A stretch of 64,000 nucleotides of DNA from Mobula hypostoma (Eukaryota), in NCBI RefSeq assembly GCF_963921235.1, contig NC_086097.1, positions 194,372,001-194,436,000 of the forward strand, written 5' to 3'. The notes beneath the pieces were generated by a model. The model saw nothing but the letters and a program-made list of their open reading frames with translations, had not been told where the DNA came from and did not search any database. The number at the start of each line of letters is the position of its first letter. Within the stretch, counting starts at the first letter, position 1. Made by a program: the position numbers and the translations under genes. This document shows, one piece after another, positions 50,690-62,897 of the stretch.

Positions 50690-51292
50690 CCTGAATTGAG
50701 TAATATACAGACCCCCAAACAGTAGTAAGGATGTGGTCCACAAATTATGAAGGGAGATAAAAATGCATATCAAAAGTGCAATGTTACAATAGTCATGGGG
50801 GATTTCAATTTGCAGGTAGATTATGAAAATCAGTTTGGTACTGGATCACAAGAGGGCAATTTTACATGACTAAAAGAAGAGAGCAGCTTATGGTTGAGCC
50901 CATTAGGGGATCAGCTAATCTGGATTGGGTATTGTGCTGTAAACCAGAATTGATTAGACAGCTTAAGGTAAAAGAACACTTAGGGTCAGTAATCATAATA
51001 TGGTAGAATTCACCTTGCCATTTGAGATGAAGAAGCTAAAGTTGGATGTATCAGTATTACAGTGGAGTAAAGGGAATTACAGAGGTATGAAAGAGGAGCT
51101 GGCAAAAATTGATTGAATAGCACAGTGGTAGGGATGATGGCAGAGCAGCAATGGCTGGATTTTTTGAAGGCAATTCGGAAGGCGTAGGATATATACGTCA
51201 AAAAGAGGTTGAAGTATTCTAAAGGCAGGATAAGGCAACCATGGCTAACAAGGGAAGTCACAGACAAAGAGAGAGCATATAAAAGGGCAAAA
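50690..51292 (+). mobile_element. CR1 endonuclease-region fragment
   Basis: IYRPPNSS, IVMGDFNLQVD, WSKGNYRGM. Confidence 0.85.
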
Positions 51293-51354
51293 GGATTAAG
51301 AAAATGAGAGAAAGAAAAGGAAGGGGAGAAAGAGAAAGAGAGAGGAAGAAGAGA

Positions 51355-52507
51355 AACATAGAAACATAGAAAACCGCCAGCATAATACAAGCCTTTCGGC
51401 CCACAATGCTGTGCCGAACATGTCCTTACCTTGGAAATTACCGAGGGTTACACATAACCCTCTATTTTACTAAGCTCCATGTACCTATGCAGGAGTAAAA
51501 GACTCTATCGCTTCCACCTCCACCACCATTGCTGGCAGCCCATTCCACGCACTCACCACTCTCTGCATAAAAAACCTACCACTGACATCTCCTCTCAACC
51601 TACTTCCAAGCACCTTAAAACTGTGCCCTCTCATGCTAGCCATTTCAACCCTGGGAAAAAGCCTCTGACTATCCATACGATCAATGCCTCTAATCATCTT
51701 ATACACATCTATCAGGTCACCTCTCATCCTCCATTGCTCCAAGGAGTAAAGGCCAAGTTCACTCAACCTATTCTCATAAGGCATGCTCTCCCATCCAGGC
51801 AACATCCTTGTAAGTCTCCTCTGCACCCTGTCTGTGGTTTCCACATCCTTCCTGTAGTGAGGTGACCAGAACTGAGCACAGTACTCAGAGTGGGGTCTGA
51901 CCAGGGTCCTATATAGATGCAACATTATTTCTTGGCTCTTAAACTCAATCCCACAATTGATGAAGGCCAATGCACCTTCTTAACCACAGAGTCAATCTGC
52001 ACAGTAGCTTTGAGTGTCCTATGGACTTGGACCCCAAGATCCCTGTGATCATCCACACTGCCAAGAATCTTACCATTAATACTATATTCTGCCATCATAT
52101 TTGACCTACCAAAATGAACCACCTCACACTTATCTGGGTTGAACTCCATCTGCCACTTCTCAGCCCCCCTTTTGCATCCTATCAATGTCCCGTTGTACCC
52201 TCTGACAGCCCTCCACACTATCCACGACACTTCCAACCTTTGTGTCATCAGCAAATTTACTAATCCGTCCCTCCACTTCCTCATCCAGGTCATTTATAAA
52301 AATCACAAGGAGTAAGGGTCCCAGAACAGATCGCTGAGGCACACCACTGGTCACCAAACTCCATGCAAAATATGACCCTCTACAACCACTCTTTGCCTTC
52401 TGTGTGCAAGCCAGTTCTGGATCCACATAGTGATGTCCCCTTGGATCCCATGCCTCCTTACTTTCTCAATAAGCCTTGCATGGGGTACCTTGTCAAATGT
52501 CTTGCTT
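51355..52507 (-). mobile_element. 5'-truncated CR1 LINE
   Basis: [33 protein letters not shown]; tandem tail (AGAAACAT)n. Confidence 0.93.
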
Positions 52508-52608
52508 TCATTCTCTTACCAAAAGAGAATGAAATAGAAAAAAAAGGGAGGGGAAGGAAAGAGGAAGAGAGAATTTTTGTTTAAGGAAGAAATGAAAGGC
52601 TCTCAGAC

Positions 52609-53033
52609 TGTTACCAGGTTCGAATATGGCCCAAGTGCGGGGTGAGAGACACTGAGCAGGTTGATAGTTCACCAAACTTTATTGTGAACAGTGTTAAAGG
52701 GAATATAAACAATAAACACTAGGCCAAATAGGGGCCTTTAACTAAACCCCTCAAATGGGAAATAAAGCCTATACTGCAGCTGAAAAGAAAATCTAAACAT
52801 TAAACAAATACCGCTAGTCTTCAAAGTCAGTCGATTCAAGTCCAATTTCTCAGGGAAGGCCGAAAGCAAACAGGCAGCGAAGTGTTGCTGTGCTCTGTCC
52901 AAGTCTCGACGAGCACTATGACAACAAGTATGGAGTTAAATACTATCACGATTAAATAATAATTAGCTGACACGTACAAATTCACAAGCGCAATTGCCGT
53001 ATCTACTGCGCTGCCGAATCCGTGGTTGTGACA
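52609..53033 (-). repeat. 3' LTR of the Gypsy provirus
   Basis: TGTTACC...TGTGACA; direct repeat of 57210-57636. Confidence 0.95.
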
Positions 53034-53059
53034 GACCCCCCTCGCTAGGCACAGCCCCT

Positions 53060-56000
53060 GAGGCGCCACAGACTTGTGTCTGTTGGAAGTCCTGGATTAG
53101 TGACTTGTCCAAGATGTCCTTCGCCGGGATCCAAGTACGTTCTTCTGGGCCATACCCTTACCAGTCCACAAGGTAATGGACATTACCACGTACCTGGACA
53201 GATGCCAGGAGGTGCTGCACAGTATAGACAAGGGAACCATCTACCAGGTGGGGAGGAGGGGGAGGCAGGGTGACTTGGGCCAGGGGAGAGGTAGAAACTG
53301 CTTGAGCTGGGAAACATGGAATGCTGGGTGGATCTTCAGTGATGCTGGTGGACGCAGTCTATAGAACATCTTGTTGACAGCCTTTTCCACTACAAATGGT
53401 CCCACGTAGCATGGTGCCAATTTCCAGTTCTCCACTTTCAAGGGAAGATTCCTTGATGCCAAGCAGACTTCCTCTCCTGGCTTGAATGCCTTTATCTGTT
53501 GACGGAGTCGATCAGCCTGCCGGGAATGCTGTTTCTGTGCGTGCAGCAGAGAAGCCCTGGCTCGTCTCCAGGTGCGCTTGTAGTGCTGGATCAGCTGTTC
53601 AGCAGTAGGAACTCCTCCGTCGATCTCCTGATCAGGGAAGAGCGGGGGCTGGAATCCCTTCTGGCATTCAAAGGGAGACATACTCATGGAGGAAGACTGT
53701 AGTTATTGTGGGCGATCTCTGCCCAAACCAATTGGGAGCTCCAGGACATAGGGTTGGAAGAGGCAAGACAGCACAGGGTTGACTCCAACTCCTGGTTCAC
53801 TCTCTCAGTCTGGCCATTAGATTGAGAGTGGAAGCCAGACTAGAGGCTGGCCGTGGTTCCTACAAGAGAGCAGAAAACCTTCCAAAAGCGGGAAGTGAAC
53901 TGTGGTCCACGATCAGTCACTGTGTCTTGAGGAAAGCCAGGGAGACTGAACACATGTTGAACCATGAGTGTGGCAGTCTCACGAGCTGCTGGGAGCTTGG
54001 GGAGGGCAATGAAGTGGGCAGCCTTGGAAAATTGATCCACAACATCCAAAATTGTGGTGTTTCCATTAGATAGGGCAGACCAGTGTTGAAATCTACTGAG
54101 AGGTGGGACCAGGGGTGGTGAGGCACAGGCAGTGGACATAACAGACCTGCAGGATGCTGGTGTCATATCTTGTTCCAAGTGCAGGTGAGACAGGTAGATA
54201 CAAAGTCGTGGACATCCTGGGACATAGATGTCTCTTTATAAACTCCTGAGTCCGTTGAATTCTCAGATGTCCAGCCAGACGGGAGGAGTGGCCCCATTCA
54301 AACACTTTGGAATGCACCGCAGCAGGGACAAACAGCCAGTTGGGAGGTCCCCCATCCGGGCCTGGATCTGATTGTTGGGTGTCCCTCACATCTACTTCTA
54401 TTCCCCAGATCACCGGAGCAGCGATACACAAGTGAGGAAGAATGGGATCTGGATTGGCATTGTCCTCAGATCCGTCAAACTGCTGGGAGAGAGCATGGGC
54501 CTTTGCATATTTGCTGCCAGGATGATAAGTGAAGACGAAATTGAACCGTGTGAAGAAGAGAGCCCACCGGGCTGGACGAGAGTTGAGTCTCTTAGCATCC
54601 TGAATATAGGAGAGGTTCTTGTGATCTGTCCAGACCAAGAATGGATGCTCTGCCCCCTCCAGCAAGTGTCGCAATTCCTCCAGGGCCTCCTTGACAGCCA
54701 GAAGCTCCCGGTTCCCAACATCATAATTCCTCTTGGCCAGAATCAAGCGATGGGAAAGAAAGGCACAAGGATGCGGCCAGCTATCTGCAGACGAGTGCAG
54801 AGAGAGGACATCTCCATTGCCTACATCAGGTGCATCCATCTTGACAATGATTGACTGAGATGGGTCTGGGTGTTGCAGCAGCGGGGCAGTGGTGAAACGT
54901 CTGAAAGTGCTTGGTTGGCATCGTCCGTCCAATGGAATCCTGCCTAGGTCTTCTTGATGAGTGCATTATTTGGAGCCATGATAGAGCTGAAGTTCCGGAT
55001 GAAGCGACGATTAAAGTTCGCAAACCCTGTGAAGCACCGAACCTGTCTGATTGTAGATGGTTTGGGCAACTCTGCAACTGGGGTCCATTTGAACACTGGA
55101 TGGGGCAAGTATATAGCCCAAAAATGACACCAGGTCTTTATGGAATGCACATTTTTCAGGCTTGGCGTACAGGTTATTTTCAAGAAGATGTCTGAGTACT
55201 CTCCGGACATGCTGGACGTGCTCCTGATGAGAGTGGGAATAGATAAGGATGTCATCTAAATACAGAAACACAGACTGGTTCAACATGTCCCTGAGCACAT
55301 TGTTAACCAGGGCCTGGAATATAGCAGGAGAATTGGCCAGACCAAAAGGCATCACCAGGTATTCATAGTGGCCATTAGAGGTGCTGAAAGCCATTTTCCA
55401 CTCATCCCCTTCTCCTATGCAAATCAGATTGTAAGCATTGAGCAGATCAATTTTGGAAAATATTGCTGCTCCCTGGAGATGTTCAAATGCGGATGCCAGC
55501 AAGGGAAGAGGTAGCGGTTCTTCACAGTGATGTTGTTCAGGGGCCGATAATCGACGCAGGGATGGACCTTGCTGTCTTTCTTGCTCACAAAAAAGAAGGC
55601 AGCTCCTGCTGGCAAGGTTGACGGACAGATAAACCCCATGCTCAATTCCTCCTTAGTGTATTCTTCCATGGCCATCGTTTCAGGACGACAGAGGGAAAAG
55701 AGCCGGCCCCAGGGAGGACTAATGCCAGGTAGGAGGTCTATGGCACAGTTGTTTGGCTGGTGTGGGGGCAAGGTTGTGGCCTTTCTTTTACTGAAAACCT
55801 CAAGGAAATCCGCATATTTAGTCGGAATCCCAGATAGATCCACATCCTTAGCTGACACAGGAGAAGATTCATGGAATGGAGCTTGAGCTGGACCCAGACA
55901 GGTAGACAGGCATGCCGGTCCCCACTCTTGGAGTACCTTCAGAGACCAATCGATCTGTGGGTTATGTCAGGATAACCAGGGGAGACCAAGTACCATTGGC

Positions 56001-57188
56001 AGTTCCGGTGAATTAACCAGATGGAAAGATACTTCTTCATGATGGTTGCCTTGTTGGAGGGGTTGGGTGGAAAGGTGGGTCTGGCCGGTTCCCAGAGGTC
56101 GACCGGCAAGCACCTTGACATTGATCTTTTCTCTTCCCGTGGAGGGTCAGACACCCTGAGCCAATAGGCTGGTCCTGGACTTATTTCCATCTGGCATAGT
56201 TTGCATATTGTTGTTTGATTGTTTGTGGTTTTTGTATTTCTATATTTATGCTCTATTCTTGGTTGGTGCAGCTGTAACGAAACTCAATTTCCCTTGGGAT
56301 CTATAAAGTATGTCTATGTCTAATTCCTGAGTTGGAACTCCCCATCTTTGAGCGAGAGAAATGTCCATAAGATTCCCGGCTGCACCAGAGTCAATAAATA
56401 GAATGAAATGGGTCTGAGACCTCGACAACAAGGAAGCTGAGAGCATTACAGAATTAGGGGAAGCTGACTGAAGAGAGAACTGACCCGACAGGATTCCCCT
56501 CCCTGCTGACGGATATTCTCTTTTACCGGATGTTTGGAACATGCCGCCCGGAAATATCCTGGATCATCACAATAGAGGCAAGAACCTATTCTCTGGTGCT
56601 GCTCTCATTCCTCCCGAGACAGATGCATGCACCCCACTTGCATAGACTCCTCCACAGGCTGGGTGCTGGGTGGTGAGGGAGGGGGAGAGGGCAAGGAAAG
56701 ACGGTGATCAGGCGGCGCATTGGAAGTTTGAAACATTCTTTCCCTGTGACACTCAGTTACCTGGTCGTCAACTCGAATAGCCAGATTAATCAGGTCATCC
56801 AGACTATCCTGCTTGTCCCAGACAGCGATCTCATGCCGGACCCCTGCGTTCAGTCTACGCTGGAAGGCAGTGATGAGATCTCTCTCTTTCCATCCCGTCT
56901 CTACTGCAAGGGTATGAAATTTCACTGCATAGGCTCTCACCGTTCCTCTGCCTTGGTGCAGGTCCAAAAGTCGGTGGCAGTCTGATTGTCTGTGGTGAGC
57001 TGTTGAACAGTTGCGGCTATGGACGATACCTGTTCCTTCAAGTGAGACTGGGCTTGGCGGCACAAGGTTATCTGCCTCATTGCCTCCGTAACTTCACTGA
57101 GAACAGATTCCATTGCCTGCAGCTTGTCTCCTACCCGACCAATAAATCTCACGGCCAAGGTCAGCTGCTCTTTCTCTGCTGGGTCCAT
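53060..57188 (-). pseudogene. gag-pol (PR-RT-RH-IN-chromo) pseudogene
   Basis: Domains are spread over many frames, with stops, frameshifts and a LINE insertion in the protease. Confidence 0.9.
56139..56321 (+). mobile_element. Rex1 3' tail inserted into the Gypsy protease
   Basis: GGAGGGTCAGACACCCTGAGCCAATAGGCTGGTCCTGGACTTATTTC is identical to 22040-22086; (TATGTC)n tail. Confidence 0.9.
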
Positions 57189-57209
57189 CTTTGTGTGGTA
57201 GAGACTTGC

Positions 57210-57636
57210 TGTTGCCAGATTCTGATATGGCCCAAGTGCGGAGTGAGAGGCACTGAAGCAGGTTGATAGTTCACAAAACTTTATTGTGAACAGTGTTGAA
57301 GGGAAAATAAACAACAAACACTAGGCCAAATAGGGGCCATTAACTAAAACTCTCAAATGGGAAATGAAGCCTATACTGCAGCTGAAAAGAAAATCTAAAC
57401 ATTAAACAAATACTGCAAGTCTTCAAAGTCAGTTGACTCAAAAGTCCAATTTCTCTGAGAAGGCCAAAAGCAAACAGCAGTGAAGCATTGCTGTACTCTG
57501 CCCAAGTCTCGACAAGCACTACAACGACAAGTATGGAGTTAAATACTATCACGATTAAATGATAATTAGCTGACACTTGCATATTCACAAGTGCAATTGC
57601 TGTATCTACTGTGCTGCCGAATCTGTGTTTGTGACA
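57210..57636 (-). repeat. 5' LTR of the Gypsy provirus
   Basis: TGTTGCC...TGTGACA; gag ATG ~20 nt downstream (57188). Confidence 0.95.
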
Positions 57637-57719
57637 CAGACTATATGAGAATGGAAAGGAGGAAAAGAGTAATCGAATATCGACAGTGAAGATGTGCGAT
57701 GCCAGCTTTTAAACAACTG

Positions 57720-60700
57720 TTTATACCTCCTTCTGAACCTTGACAATAGGACTGAATATATTGAGTCATTGCTGAGTCCATTATCTCCAAGAGTCGCTGA
57801 TATGATTTCCTCCACCTTCAACTTCCGTCCTTCAGCCTCACATGCAGCCCACTTCTATCTCCTCCTCAAGATGCACAAACTGGACTGGCCAGTACAGACT
57901 TGTTGGTTCAAACTGCTCGTAAAAAAGAATTCTATGGACAATTCTTTGTCCATACTCCTCCCACCTACATGTATGATACATCTCATGAAATCTGCCACTT
58001 AGAACGTTTCCAGATTCTTGATTCCTACAGGTTCCAACACTGCAAGTGCTAAGGACAGCAAGAAGCAAGGCCCAGGAAACAGCCAGATGCTGTGCAAATG
58101 ACTACTGGCTACAACCATGCGAAAGCATTCAGTCATCATTTGACACAGGCAACATCCGTGGAGTGTACGAGGGGATCAAGAAAAACATCGGGCCAAGCCA
58201 GAGCAAGACAGCACCATTGAAAACCATAACAGGCCAGACCATCAATGACAAAGGCAAGCAGATGGAGAGATGGGTGGAGCATTACTCTAAACTCTTCTCC
58301 AGAGAAAACAGCATCTCGGACAGCATGCTAGATGCTGTGGAATGCCTGCCTGTCATGGAGGAACTGGATGCATTGCTGACTGCCGAAGAGCTGAGTAAAG
58401 CCATCGACAGCCTGTCCACTGGGAAGGCACCAGGATTGGATGGCATTCCACCAGAAGCCATCAAATATGCAAAGGGTGACCTGCTAAACAACCTGCATGA
58501 GTTACTGTGCCGGTGCTGGATAGAGGTAGTAGTGCAGCAAGACATGAGAGACTGTAACATGGTCACCATATATAAGAAGAAAGGGGACAGAAACAGCTGT
58601 AACAGGGGAATCTCCTTGTTGAGCATCGTTGGGAAGGTCTTCGCTCGTGTGGTCCTGAACAGACTGCTGAAAATAGCCGAAAGGGTGTATCCCGAGTCTC
58701 AGTGCGGTTTCAGGTCAGAACGCTCCACAATCGACATGCTCTTCTCCCTTCGACAGCTACAAGAGAAATGCAGAGAGCAAAGACAACCACTCTACGTTGC
58801 TTTCATTGACCTCATGAAGGCCTTCGACCTTGTGAGCAGACGTCCTGTTCAAAATCCTCTCCAGGATTGGTTGTCCCCTGAGGCTGCTCAGGATAGTTCA
58901 GTCATTCCACACAGACATGAAGGGTGTCGTTCAGTTCGACGGCTCTTCTTCGGAGGTCTTCAACATCCGTAGCGGTGTGAAGCAGGGCTGTGTGCTTGCC
59001 CCCACCCTGTTTGGCATCTTCTTCACAGTCATGCTGAAGCACGCCTTTGGAACATCAGCTGATGGTGTCTACCTCCACACCAGATCAGACGGGAGGCTGT
59101 TCAGTCTGTCCCGGCTGAGGGCAAAACCCAAGGTTCGTGAAGTACTCATCAGGGACATGTTGTTTGCAGACGATGCAGCACTGGAAACACACTCTGAAGA
59201 GCAACTGCAATGCCTCATGGGCAGCTTGTCAAGAGCCTGCCAGGACTTCAGCTTGACCATCAGCCTGAAGAAGACCAACATGTTGGGCCAAGGTGTTGAG
59301 CACCCCCCCGCCATTACCATCAACAACTACGAGCTGGAGGTAGTTCACGAGTTTACATACCTTGGCTCCACCATCACGGACAGCCTCTCCCTAGACCCCA
59401 AGATCAACAGACGGTTCGGACGAGCAGCCTCAACATTCGCCAGGCTGACAAAGAGAGTCTGGGAGAACAGAAAGCTGACGATGCACACCAAAGTTGCAGT
59501 CTACAGGGCCTGCGTCCTCAGCACACTGCTTTACGGCAGCGAGGCCTGGAGCCTCTACTCCAGACAAGAGCGGCGTCTCAATGCCTTCCACCTTCGCAGC
59601 CTGAGACGCATCCTGAACATCACGTGGACTGACCGAGTCACCAACAATGAGGTCCTGGCCTGCACCCAGATACCCAGCCTCCTCACCCTGCTCCAACAAC
59701 GCCGTCTCCACTGGCTGGGCCACGTACACCGCATGTCAGATGGGAAGATCCTGAAAGACCTGCTGTATGGGGAACTGGCCTCCGGCAAGAGAGCACAAGG
59801 GCGGCCCCATCTTTGTTTCAAAGACGTTTGCAAGAGAGACATGAAGTCACTGAAAATGAACGTCGAGAGGTGGGAGGACATCGCAAGCGATCGCTCTCAC
59901 TGGAGGCTGGAACCACGCAGGGGTCTAAAAATAGGAGAAGAGAAGCTGAGACTTGCTGCTGAAGATAAGCGCACTCGTCGGAAAAACAGCACCAAGACAA
60001 CACTGGAGGACAGTGCCTTCGAGTGCAGTCGCTGCAGCTGAGACTGTCACTCGTGTGTGGGCCTCTACAGCCACAACAGACTCTGCTCTAACACAGTCTG
60101 AAGCAAGACTTTCCAGGTGCAGATCCATGGTCTCGCGCGACTAACGGATGCCACCAGCACAGACTCATCTGCAGCATGAATGTTCAGTCTGTTTATATAT
60201 ACAGGCTATGCCAATGTATTCTGATGGATCTTTGTTTCTTCCTTGAGTAGAGTCTTAACAAGGCCCCCTTCACCAGCACCGTCATTCGCATTACTGAACA
60301 TATCCTTACTTTGACTAACTTCTCCTTCAACTCCATTCTCTTTCTCCAAATCAAAGATATGGCAGTGGGATCTCACCTCAGCCAAAACTGTGTCTGCCTC
60401 TTTGTGGGATTGTATGGAGCAGCCTATGTTCCAGCCACCTCCCTCAACTCTTTTTCTGTCATGTTGATGACTATATTGGTACTGCTTCTGGCACAGATAT
60501 AAGGCTTTATAATATATTCACTTTATTTGCAATTTCCACTCTGTTCTTACTTTCACATATCTATCTTTGACTCTTTCTTTCACTGACTTCTCTATCTTCA
60601 GGGAATAGGCTCAAGACGAATACCTAGTACAAGCCCACAGACTCTCAGAGTTATCTCAACAACACATCCTCCCACTGTGCTTCCTGTAAGCATTCCATTC

Positions 60701-61420
60701 TTCCACTTTTCCTGTCTCCTTTGCACTTGTTTTGATAATGAGACTTGACACTCCAGTAACACCAATCCAACAGGTCTTCCTTTTTCTGTAACCACGGCTT
60801 CCTGTCTACCATTATGAGAGGAACTCAACTGTGTCTCCATTTCTGTTCTCCTTCTTTTCTTTCAGCCAGAGTAAGGATAGAGTACACTCTCCTCAACATC
60901 CACCCATCAGCCTCCACATTTAATGGATCATTCTCCATAATGTCCTCTAGTTTCAATGATGTTTCACCACCAGACGTACCTTCCCATCCCCTCCTCTTTC
61001 TTTTCAGCATTTGGAAGTGGCCGTTGCCTGCATAACTCCTTGGTTCATTTTTCAGTTCCAATGCAATGCAGGAGACATAAACACCTATTCCCTTACCTCA
61101 CCCCCTCCCGCCATTCAGTGACCTTAACAGGTCTTCCAAGTGAAGCATCAATTCGTTCACACATTTTCCCATGTAGTATCTTACATTCACTTACAATATA
61201 GTCTTTTCTGCATTAAAGAAACAAAGCACAATTCGACTGTTGCAGTACACCTCCATTCGGTGACTATTATTTCCAGTCATCTGTCACTTCAGTTCTGTTT
61301 CCTGTTCCAGCTCCTAACCTCCATCTTTGGCCTCACATGCTGCTCTAACATAGCACAATATAAGCCTGAGGAAAGCAACTCATCTTTGCTCTGAGAAGTT
61401 TTCAGCTACCAGAGCAATTC
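57720..61420 (+). mobile_element. Old degraded Penelope-like element, interrupted by RTE
   Basis: FYLLLKMHKLDW before the RTE; LTNFSFNS..LQIKDMAVG, YKPTDS and GIY-YIG remnants after it. Confidence 0.75.
58031..60158 (+). mobile_element. RTE-clade LINE, 5'-truncated, little decayed
   Basis: GKAPGLDGIPPE, RGISLLSIVGK, PESQCGFR, FIDLMKAFD, GVKQGCVLAP, LFADD, C-terminal C2H2-like CSRC..DCHS..GLYSH; one frameshift near 58840 and a TGA at 60039-60041. Confidence 0.95.
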
Positions 61421-62830
61421 CATAAGGCCATAAGATGTAGAAGCAGAATTAGGCCATTTGTAACGTCGAGTCTGCTCTGCCATTTCGTCATGGCTCATCT
61501 ATTTTCCCTCTCAGCCCTGACCAATCAAGAATCTATCAATCCCTGCCTTAAATATACCCAATGACTTGGCCTCCACAGCTGCCTGTGGCAACAATTTCTA
61601 CAGATTCACCACACTCTGTCTAAAGAAACTCCACCTCATTTCCATTCTAAAGGATGCCCTTCTATTTTGAGGCTGTGTCCTCTGGTCTAAGACTCCCCAA
61701 TCATATGGAACATCCTCGCCGCATCCACTCTATCAAGACATTTCACCATTCCATAGGTTTCAATGAGGTCACCACTCATTCTTTTGAATTCCAGTGAGTA
61801 CAGGCCCAGAGCTATCAAACTCTCTTCATCTGACAAGCCTTTCAATCCCAGAATCATTTTTGGAAACCTCCTTTGAACCCTCTCCAATCTTTAGAAAATC
61901 CTGCAGAAGGACTCCCAAGACCCTTTGCACCTCAGATGTTTGAATTTTCTCTCCATTTAAAAAGTAGTCTACCCTCCTATTTCTTATACCAAAGTGTATG
62001 ACCATATACTTCCCAAAGCCGAATTTCATCTGCCACCTCTTTGCCAATTCATCTCATCTGTCCAAGTCCTCTATACTTCCTCAAAACTACCTGCCCCTCT
62101 ATCTATCTTTGGATCATCTGCAAAAATTGCAACAAAGCCATCAACTCCATTTTCTAAATCATTGACAAACAATGTGAAATGTAGCGGTCCCAACACAGAC
62201 CCCTGTGGAACACCTCTAGTCACTGGCAGCCAGCCAGAAAAGGCTCCCCTTATTCCCACATTTTGCCTCCTGCTAATCAGCCACTACTTTATCCATGCGA
62301 GTATCTTTCCTGTAATACCATGGGCTCTTAACTTGCGATCTTCTGTTCCTCTAGAACCGTGTAGAATCAATTGATTCTTGAGAGATCATTTCAAATACCT
62401 CCACAATCTCTTCAGCTACCTCTTTCAGAACCCTGGTGTGCATACCATCTGGTCTAGGTGATTTGTCTACCTTCAGGCCATTCAGTTTCCTAAGAACCTT
62501 CTCCCTAATAATGGCAGCTTTACATGCTTCTGCCCTTTGACACTCTTGAACTTCTGGCATACTACTAGTGTCTTCCATAGTGAAGAACATTGTGAAATAC
62601 TTATTCAGTTCATCCGCCATTTCCTTGTCCCCTAATGCTGCCCCTTCAGCATTGTTTTTCAGTAGTCTGATGTCCACTCTCGTCTCTCTTTTACACTTTA
62701 AATATCTGAAGAAACTTATAGTGTTCTCTTTAATATTATTAGCTAGCTTACCTTCATATTCCATTTTTTGCTTCTCAATTACTTTTTTAGTTGCCTTCTG
62801 TTGGCTTTTAAAAGCTTTCCAATCTTCCCA
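61421..62830 (-). mobile_element. CR1 LINE, internally deleted
   Basis: MEYEGKLANNIK, VDKSPRPDG, GVPQGSVLGP, IFADD and 3' UTR. Confidence 0.9.
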
Positions 62831-62878
62831 ATATTTTAGATATTCATCTGTTGCTGCAGTTCTGTACCTTTAGGACCA

Positions 62879-62897
62879 CGACCAGCAGAGGGCAGCA
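62879..62897 (+). promoter_or_regulatory. Strong CTCF-like motif
   Basis: CGACCAGCAGAGGGCAGCA fits CCASYAGRKGGCRS exactly and lies in apparently unique sequence. Confidence 0.6.

Larger units (their letters stand above)
52609..57636 (-). mobile_element. Chromodomain Gypsy (sushi-like chromovirus) provirus with both LTRs, pseudogenised
   Basis: TSD CAGAC at 52604-52608 and 57637-57641; gag (MDPAEK, QGRGTVRAY), PR (FIDSGA), RT ([12 protein letters not shown]), RNase H (NYDVGNRELLAVK), integrase (TDRGPQF, KLAPCYVGPF, HPAFHVS), chromodomain; polypurine tract next to 53034. Confidence 0.96.

Noticed and set aside
55939..56542. Novel-looking ORFs within the Gypsy
   Set aside because: They are artefacts of the Rex1 tail inserted into the protease region.
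62855..62862. TGCAG upstream module of an extended CTCF motif
   Set aside because: It lies about 27 nt from the core, too far for the canonical spacing.
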